From the NCBI GenBank assembly GCA_963826115.1, contig CAWGVS010000006.1, positions 672,001 through 736,000 on the forward strand: 64,000 nt of DNA, read 5' to 3'. The notes under the pieces are model-generated. The model did not search any database. It worked only from the letters and a program-made list of their open reading frames with translations, and was not told where the DNA came from. Shown here in pieces: positions 58,681 through 64,000 of the stretch. Every line of letters begins with the position of its first letter. Within the stretch, counting starts at the first letter, position 1. This DNA comes from an uncultured Candidatus Rokubacteria bacterium (GTDB taxonomy: Bacteria > Methylomirabilota > Methylomirabilia > Rokubacteriales > DASRDR01). The translations under genes and the position numbers were made by a program.

Positions 58681-58746
58681 CGGTGCCGACGCGGCCCATC
58701 ACGGAGGGCGGACGCTGACGTCGCCCGCCAGAAGGAGACGATCCTG

Positions 58747-59571
58747 ATGCCGATGGCTCGCGGACCGGATCCGGCCTCGATCGGGCAGTACTGGGGGCGC
58801 GACGGTCTCGGCCAGCGAATCCTGGACGCGCTCCGCGCGGCGGGGAAGGACCTGGGTGCGCTCACCGTCGACGACGTCGCGCCCGCCGACCACTTCCACG
58901 GCGGCGGGAAGGCGGCGACCGACCGGCTAGCGCGCCTCGCCTCCCCGCCGCCGGGGACCCGGGTGCTGGACGTCGGCGGCGGGCTGGGCGGCCCGGCCCG
59001 CACGCTCGCGGTGAGCTACGGCTGTCGGGTCACGGTGCTCGACCTCACCGAGTCCTACGTGCGGGCGGGGGAGCGCCTCACCGAGCTGCTCCGCCTGGGC
59101 GACCGGGTGAGCCACCAGGTCGGCAACGCGCTCGAGCTGCCGTTTCCCGACGGCGCGTTCGACATGGTGTGGACCCAGAACAGCGGGATGAACATCGCCG
59201 ACAAGGAGCGGCTCTACGGGGGCGTCCGTCGCGTGCTGCGCCCGGGCGGCGTGCTCGCGTTCCAGGAGCCGATGGCGGGCCCGGGCGGCCCGCCGATCTT
59301 CCCGATGATGTGGGCGCGCGACGCCTCGCAGAGCTTCCTGCGCGCGCCCGGCGAGATGCGGGCGCTCCTCGAGGCCACCGGCTTCCGCGTACGTGAGTGG
59401 CACGACGTGACCACCGACACCTCGGTCGCCACGCCGCCGGCCGCCCTTCCGGCCTACGCCATCTCGAAGCTGGTCATGGGCGACGCGCTCGAAGAAATCA
59501 TGGCGGCCGGGCAGCGGAGCCGCGACGAGCGGCGCGTGCTGATGATCCACGCGGTCTGCGACCGGCCCTGA
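58747..59571 (+). CDS. Class I SAM methyltransferase (sarcosine/dimethylglycine N-methyltransferase-like)
   Basis: DHFHGGG, VLDVGGGLGGPARTLA, MNIADK motifs. Confidence 0.88.
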   Translation: MPMARGPDPASIGQYWGRDGLGQRILDALRAAGKDLGALTVDDVAPADHFHGGGKAATDRLARLASPPPGTRVLDVGGGLGGPARTLAVSYGCRVTVLDLTESYVRAGERLTELLRLGDRVSHQVGNALELPFPDGAFDMVWTQNSGMNIADKERLYGGVRRVLRPGGVLAFQEPMAGPGGPPIFPMMWARDASQSFLRAPGEMRALLEATGFRVREWHDVTTDTSVATPPAALPAYAISKLVMGDALEEIMAAGQRSRDERRVLMIHAVCDRP

Positions 59572-59580
59572 CGGCGCCGG

Positions 59581-59602
59581 CGCCACGGCGAGCGCCGTGG
59601 CG
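59581..59602. terminator. Hairpin between convergent genes
   Basis: CGCCACGGC-GAGC-GCCGTGGCG perfect stem. Confidence 0.45.
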
Positions 59603-59625
59603 GGGATCCGCGACCGCGCGCTGGC

Positions 59626-60009
59626 TCAGAGGCTGCGCTTCCGACCTCGCAAGCCGCGGCGGCTGCCCTTGCGCTTGACCGGTCGCCCGCCCGCAGGCGG
59701 CCGATCCCGCCCGAAGCTCGGGACGCGCGGCTCGAACGACCGCGGGCCCGCCGAGCGGGGCGGCCGGTCCTCGGCCGCGTTGACCGTCAGCCGGCGCCCC
59801 TCGACCTCGCGGTCGTTGAAGAGCTGGATCGCCGTGGCGGCCTCGGACTCGGAGGCGAACTGGACGAACGCGAAGCCCCGGGGCCGCCCGGTCTCGCGAT
59901 CGGAGGGCAGGTAGACCTCGACGACGTTGCCCGCCTCGGACAGGAGCGCGGTCAGCGAATCAGCGGTGGTGCCGAAGGTGAGATTCCCGACGAAGATGCG
60001 GGTCGCGAT
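59626..60009 (-). CDS. RRM RNA-binding protein, copy 2 (127 aa), ATC start; missed by the ORF track
   Basis: Near-identical to 19324-19707, differences mostly synonymous; GGAGGA-7 nt-ATC; in-frame TAA 8 codons upstream. Confidence 0.9.
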   Translation of the reverse strand: MATRIFVGNLTFGTTADSLTALLSEAGNVVEVYLPSDRETGRPRGFAFVQFASESEAATAIQLFNDREVEGRRLTVNAAEDRPPRSAGPRSFEPRVPSFGRDRPPAGGRPVKRKGSRRGLRGRKRSL

Positions 60010-60067
60010 GGCTCGTTCCTCCCGTGTCGTTTAGAGTCCGGTCGTGTCGGTCACTGGCGAGGGTCCC

Positions 60068-60304
60068 TCAGGCGCCCTCGCGGCGGGCTTCGCGGGCCGC
60101 CGCGGCGGCCCGGATCTCCTCGGCGAACATGCCCACGTGGAGCGGACAGGGGGGCGCATTCGCCTCGACGTACTGGCACTCGTCCTGGTCGCACTGGACG
60201 AAGTGCTCGCCCGGCCCCATGAGACGGGTCAGCCGCGTCAGCCGGATGTGCACGGGCTCCGACACGACGGGACACCAGAACTCGCGGGCACGGCCTGCGC
60301 GCAG
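60068..60304 (-). CDS. Small 4-Cys hypothetical protein (copy 2), probable CTG start
   Basis: REFWCPVV...CDQDECQY...PPCPL; CTG 60304 aligns with TTG 20011. Confidence 0.7.
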   Translation of the reverse strand: MRAGRAREFWCPVVSEPVHIRLTRLTRLMGPGEHFVQCDQDECQYVEANAPPCPLHVGMFAEEIRAAAAAREARREGA

Positions 60305-60414
60305 CTCTCAGGCCCTCATGGCCGGCGGACGCGCGCGGCGGTCGCCGGTGCGATCAAACACCCCGGGCGCCCCCGCCTCGCGTACGAGCATCAGCGCGGC
60401 AATCACGCGGGGCT

Positions 60415-60645
60415 TCAGGATGCGCGGCCGAGCCGCTCGAGATGCTTGGCCAGCTTCGCGGGCTCGATGTACTCGTCCTGGCGGCCGGACATGGTCAATC
60501 GGTATCCGCGCTCGCCCTCGTGCTTCCACATCGTGATCAGCCCGGCCTGGTATGCGGCGATCAGCGCCGCGCGATCCGTCGGGGGCGTATCGACGGGTGC
60601 CGGAGCTGGTGAAACCACGGCCTTTGTTCGCTTTCGTGTCGCCAT
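60415..60645 (-). CDS. Small hypothetical protein (copy 2)
   Basis: GAGGGAG RBS; MATRKRTK...DRAALIAAYQAGLITMWKHEGERGY. Confidence 0.78.
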   Translation of the reverse strand: MATRKRTKAVVSPAPAPVDTPPTDRAALIAAYQAGLITMWKHEGERGYRLTMSGRQDEYIEPAKLAKHLERLGRAS

Positions 60646-60985
60646 GATCGGCACTCCCTCGCCAGGTTGCCATCCGGTGGCGGATCGAACGCGTGTCCGC
60701 CAGGCAGCTCAACCGGCACGTGACAGGCTCGGTCCCGCGTGGTCGCTGAGGATGACAGAGGCCCGGTCGTCCTGCGCGTGAACGGCATCGGCCGCCACGG
60801 AAGACCGGATCAGTCTCCCGAGACGGCAGCTCATGCGGGACACGACCGTGACCGAACGCGGTGTTCCGCGCGCGCCGGCGTGGCCATCCCGTGGCCGGTG
60901 TCATCTCGGTGGTGACGTGAATGCTCCACACGCGGCCGCCTCATCGGCGGGGAGATCTCGAGAGCGTGCGGACGCGGGTAGGACC

Positions 60986-61029
60986 TTGACCCCACTGCTC
61001 TAGTGTACTACTGTGGTCATACAGCGCAA
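60986..61029. promoter_or_regulatory. Second copy of the divergent promoter/operator
   Basis: Plus strand TTGACC-17-TACTGT; minus strand TTGCGC-16-TACACT; operator at 61003-61024. Confidence 0.75.
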
Positions 61030-61493
61030 CGTGCCCATTCGGGGCGGTTTCGCCATGCGTGCCGCGTGGGTTCTCGTGAGGCTCTAACCGGGTGGCTTGC
61101 CGGGCCCGTCGGCGATGCGAATGCCACGGGTTGAAGTGGACCTCATCCTCGACCTCGCCGGGAGCGTTGCCAGCGCCGCAAGCGGCGGGGCCCTCGGGGA
61201 GACGGCGGGAGCGGAATGCTCGTGTTGACGCTCGTCACATTCCTCGGCGTCGCCCGCGCGGCGGAAGATGTGGTGAGACTCGCGGGGAGCTGAGTAGGGC
61301 GGGGCAGGTGGAGCTTCTGGCCAGCCCGAGTCCGAGTGGCGATCGCGGACCTCTGCGAGCGCGCCCTCCAAGGATCCCGGGGCGGTATCCACGAATCTGT
61401 CATCGCGGCATGTCCCGCATCGGACTCCGGGCCGAGCTCCTCGCGGTCGCCGCGTCGCGACCGGGAGTGACGCGGGTCTCGCCCCCGGGAAGA

Positions 61494-61772
61494 ATGCGGA
61501 TGACGGTCCGAGAGTTGCCGTGCTGGCCGCCGAACTGGCGCGCGGTGGCCACGGGGGCGAGCCACGGGGCCAGGGGCGAGCGCGGTGTCCTCATGGCGGC
61601 GCGGGGGGATCCCACGGCTGAGTCCCTGACCCTGACGATGGAAGACGCCGGCGACCGGTACGTCGCGGTCCTGCGCGACGACGTGCGGGTCCTGACGGGC
61701 CTCACCCGCTTGCTCGACTGGCACCTCGGCCGGTCCTTGGCGCAGATCGCCAGCCTGGAGGTGCGCCTGTAG
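61494..61772 (+). CDS. Small hypothetical protein (92 aa)
   Basis: MRMTVRELPCWPPNW...GERGVL...LGRSLAQIASLEV; homologous remnant at 23190-23361. Confidence 0.68.
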   Translation: MRMTVRELPCWPPNWRAVATGASHGARGERGVLMAARGDPTAESLTLTMEDAGDRYVAVLRDDVRVLTGLTRLLDWHLGRSLAQIASLEVRL

Positions 61773-61943
61773 TGAGTCCGGGAGCAACGGGAAGGGCCGG
61801 AGGCTCATCCGGCGGCACGGCAGGGCAGCGGCGAATGCCGTGCCGATCGTCTCGGCGGGTCCGACGGTCTCCGAGCGATGCTGGCCACGCCTGAGTGCTG
61901 ACCGGTTCCCGTCGCCCGCGCGTCCGAGCCGTGTCATATTCGC

Positions 61944-61972
61944 TTGCCGATACGCCCTCCAGGCTCTAGACT
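61944..61972 (+). promoter_or_regulatory. Promoter of desaturase copy 2
   Basis: TTGCCG-17-TAGACT; TCTAGACTCG is also retained upstream of copy 1 (23521-23530). Confidence 0.55.
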
Positions 61973-61984
61973 CGCGGGCGGCCG

Positions 61985-63181
61985 ATGAGAGACGCACGAC
62001 AGGTGCACGTCCGCCCCCCGCGCCAGCGTGCGCAGGCCGAGTCCCCGCCGAGAGCTCTCAGCTTTGGACGCGATACGGCCTTCCAGGTCGCGCTCCGGCA
62101 GCGGGTCGCGGAGTACTTCGACACCACGGGCCAGCGGCCGCGCGACTGCTGGCAGATGTACGCGAAGACGGCGATCCTCCTGGCCGGATTCGCGCTGTCG
62201 TACGTGCTGCTCGTGTTCGTGGCCCAGACCTGGGTGCAGGGCGTGGTCCTCGCCACCCTGCTCGGTCTGTGCGCCGCCGGAATCGGGCTCAACGTCCAGC
62301 ACGACGGCGGGCATCGGGCCTATTCGTCGTATCCATGGGTCAACCGGCTCATGGCCATGACGCTCGATCTGATCGGGGGCAGCTCCTACCTGTGGCGGTG
62401 GAAGCACGGCGTCTTCCACCACACGTACGTGAACATCACCGGCCACGACACCGATATCGAGTTCGGCAGCCTCGCGCGGCTCGCCCCGCAGCAGCGGCGG
62501 CGTTGGTTTCATCGGTGGCAGCACCTGTATCTCTGGCCGCTCTACGGGCTCTTGGCCATCAAGTGGCACTGCGTGGACGATTTCAAGAAATTGCTCCGGG
62601 GCCGGATCAAGCAGCATCGGGTGCCTTGGCCGAGAGGGCGGGAGCTGCTGATCCTCATCGCCGGCAAGGCGGTCTTCTTTTCGCTGGCCTTCGGGATCCC
62701 GATGCAATTCCATGCGCCGGCCGTCGTGCTCGGCTACTACGCGCTGAGCGGGATCGTCATGGGCTTCCTGCTGAGCCTGGTGTTCCAGGTCGCGCACTGC
62801 GTCGAGGAGGCCGCGTTTCCCGAGCCCCGTGCCGACACCGGGCGCCTCGATCACGCATGGGCCGTTCATCAGGCCGAGACGAGCGTCGACTTTTCTCGCG
62901 GGAGCCGGATCGTGTCGTGGCTCCTCGGGGGCCTGAATTTCCAGATCGAGCACCACCTGCTGCCCCGGATCAGCCACGTCCACTACCCGGCGATCTCGGG
63001 GCTGGTGGAGCAGACGTGCCGGGAGTTCGGGGTCCGGTACACGGCGCACCGCTCGTTGTGGGCCGGGATGGGCTCGCACTTTCGCTGGCTGCGCCGCATG
63101 GGCATGCCGGATGCGATGCGTCAGCCATGGGCCGGATCCGGCCTTCCGACGACCGAGGGAGGCCTCCGGGCCGAGCCTTGA
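61985..63181 (+). CDS. Membrane fatty-acid desaturase, copy 2
   Basis: HDGGH, HGVFHH and QIEHH boxes; close paralog of 23542-24846. Confidence 0.92.
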   Translation: MRDARQVHVRPPRQRAQAESPPRALSFGRDTAFQVALRQRVAEYFDTTGQRPRDCWQMYAKTAILLAGFALSYVLLVFVAQTWVQGVVLATLLGLCAAGIGLNVQHDGGHRAYSSYPWVNRLMAMTLDLIGGSSYLWRWKHGVFHHTYVNITGHDTDIEFGSLARLAPQQRRRWFHRWQHLYLWPLYGLLAIKWHCVDDFKKLLRGRIKQHRVPWPRGRELLILIAGKAVFFSLAFGIPMQFHAPAVVLGYYALSGIVMGFLLSLVFQVAHCVEEAAFPEPRADTGRLDHAWAVHQAETSVDFSRGSRIVSWLLGGLNFQIEHHLLPRISHVHYPAISGLVEQTCREFGVRYTAHRSLWAGMGSHFRWLRRMGMPDAMRQPWAGSGLPTTEGGLRAEP

Positions 63182-63553
63182 CGGTCTCCGCGACGGCGCC
63201 GGAGTGGATGAACGTCGGCCGGCGCAGGAGGCCAAGACGCCCGCCCACTCGAGGGTGTGGTGGCAACCATCGGTCGGAGCCGCGCTGGACGTCTGCGTCA
63301 TCGCAGTGCTCGACGGGCCCCTCTCAAGACTGAGTTCCGGAGTCGAATCCCGTGGGCGTCCCCCTCCCCGGAGGACGATTCCGCGCGGAAGGCTGCCGCG
63401 CGCTGAGACCTCCCTGCTGAGCCCGGCGCAGCGCCCGCTCTCGTCCGTCCGGCCATGAATGCGATGCGCCCCCTGGGCATGGGTGACGGCCCTGCTCGCG
63501 GCGCGAACCTCGGGGCCGGGTCCCCGTGTCCAAAGGGCTCGGGAGAGGTGCCC

Positions 63554-64000
63554 ATGAGACAGGGTCGCCGGGAGTTCCTGGGTCTCGCCGCCGCCGCCGC
63601 CAGTCTTGTCGCCGGACGCCATGCCCCGGTGGGCCTGGCGGACGCGTCCACGGGAGCGCCGATCAGGGCGGTGGCCCTGGACGCGCTGACCGTGTTCGAT
63701 CCCGGCTCCGTCGTCGCCGTCGCGGACACCCTGTTCCCCGGTCGGGGCGCCGCGCTCGCCGCGGCCTGGCGCACGCGGCAATTCGAGTACACGTGGCTCC
63801 GGACGGCCGCCGGGCGCTACGCGGATTTCTGGACCGTCACGGGCGACGCGCTGGTCTTCGCCGCCCGTCAGCTGGGGCTCGAGCTCGCCACCGCGGGCCG
63901 CGACCGCCTCATGCAGGCGTTCCTCGAGATCAAGGCGTATCCCGACGCGCGGCCGGCGCTGGCCGCGCTGCGGCAGTCGGGCCTCCGCCTCGCGTTCCTG
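63554..64000 (+). CDS. Haloacid dehalogenase type II with Tat signal (partial, runs off window)
   Basis: MRQGRREFLG twin-arginine leader; AVALDALTVFD, WRTRQFEYTWL..GRYADFW, AYPD. Confidence 0.85.
   Translation, partial: MRQGRREFLGLAAAAASLVAGRHAPVGLADASTGAPIRAVALDALTVFDPGSVVAVADTLFPGRGAALAAAWRTRQFEYTWLRTAAGRYADFWTVTGDALVFAARQLGLELATAGRDRLMQAFLEIKAYPDARPALAALRQSGLRLAFL

Overview
GC-rich bacterial chromosome segment from a diderm, LPS-making organism. Gene style suggests a Rokubacteria/Methylomirabilota-like soil lineage, but this is only an inference. Many single-base frameshifts suggest a long-read assembly. Layout: (1) 0.6-4.1 kb, UbiD-family decarboxylase, a permease and a flavin monooxygenase. 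(2) tRNA-Gln(CTG) and tRNA-Glu(CTC), then two tandem lower-GC islands, each ending in a copy of the tRNA-Glu 3' end (14638-14664, 19265-19289); no integrase is visible. Island 1 is a co-oriented array of unrelated small genes separated by seven copies of an imperfect palindromic 29-bp site (consensus about TGTTCCTAGAA-N7-ATCCAGGAAGT). It looks like an attC-independent, Xer-like gene-cassette array and is the strongest candidate for an undescribed system. Island 2 carries a coupled SprT-like protease plus a HIT-PLD-SF2 helicase-DUF3427 (SauUSI-like) gene, an eighth site and a TIR-like remnant. (3) 19.3-24.8 kb, a divergent module of RRM proteins, bS21, small Cys/Zn proteins, a PlmA-like GntR regulator and a desaturase. 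It is partly duplicated at 59.6-63.2 kb, shares a conserved promoter/operator, and one RRM gene starts at ATC in both copies. (4) An outer-membrane barrel, TctCBA, an LLM oxidoreductase and an Opp/Dpp-type ABC transporter. (5) A ~20-kb LPS/glycosyltransferase cluster including a WaaA-N/GT42-like chimera and a carbamoyltransferase. (6) GH172, a methyltransferase and a Tat-signal haloacid dehalogenase that runs off the window. No CRISPR array or rRNA was seen.
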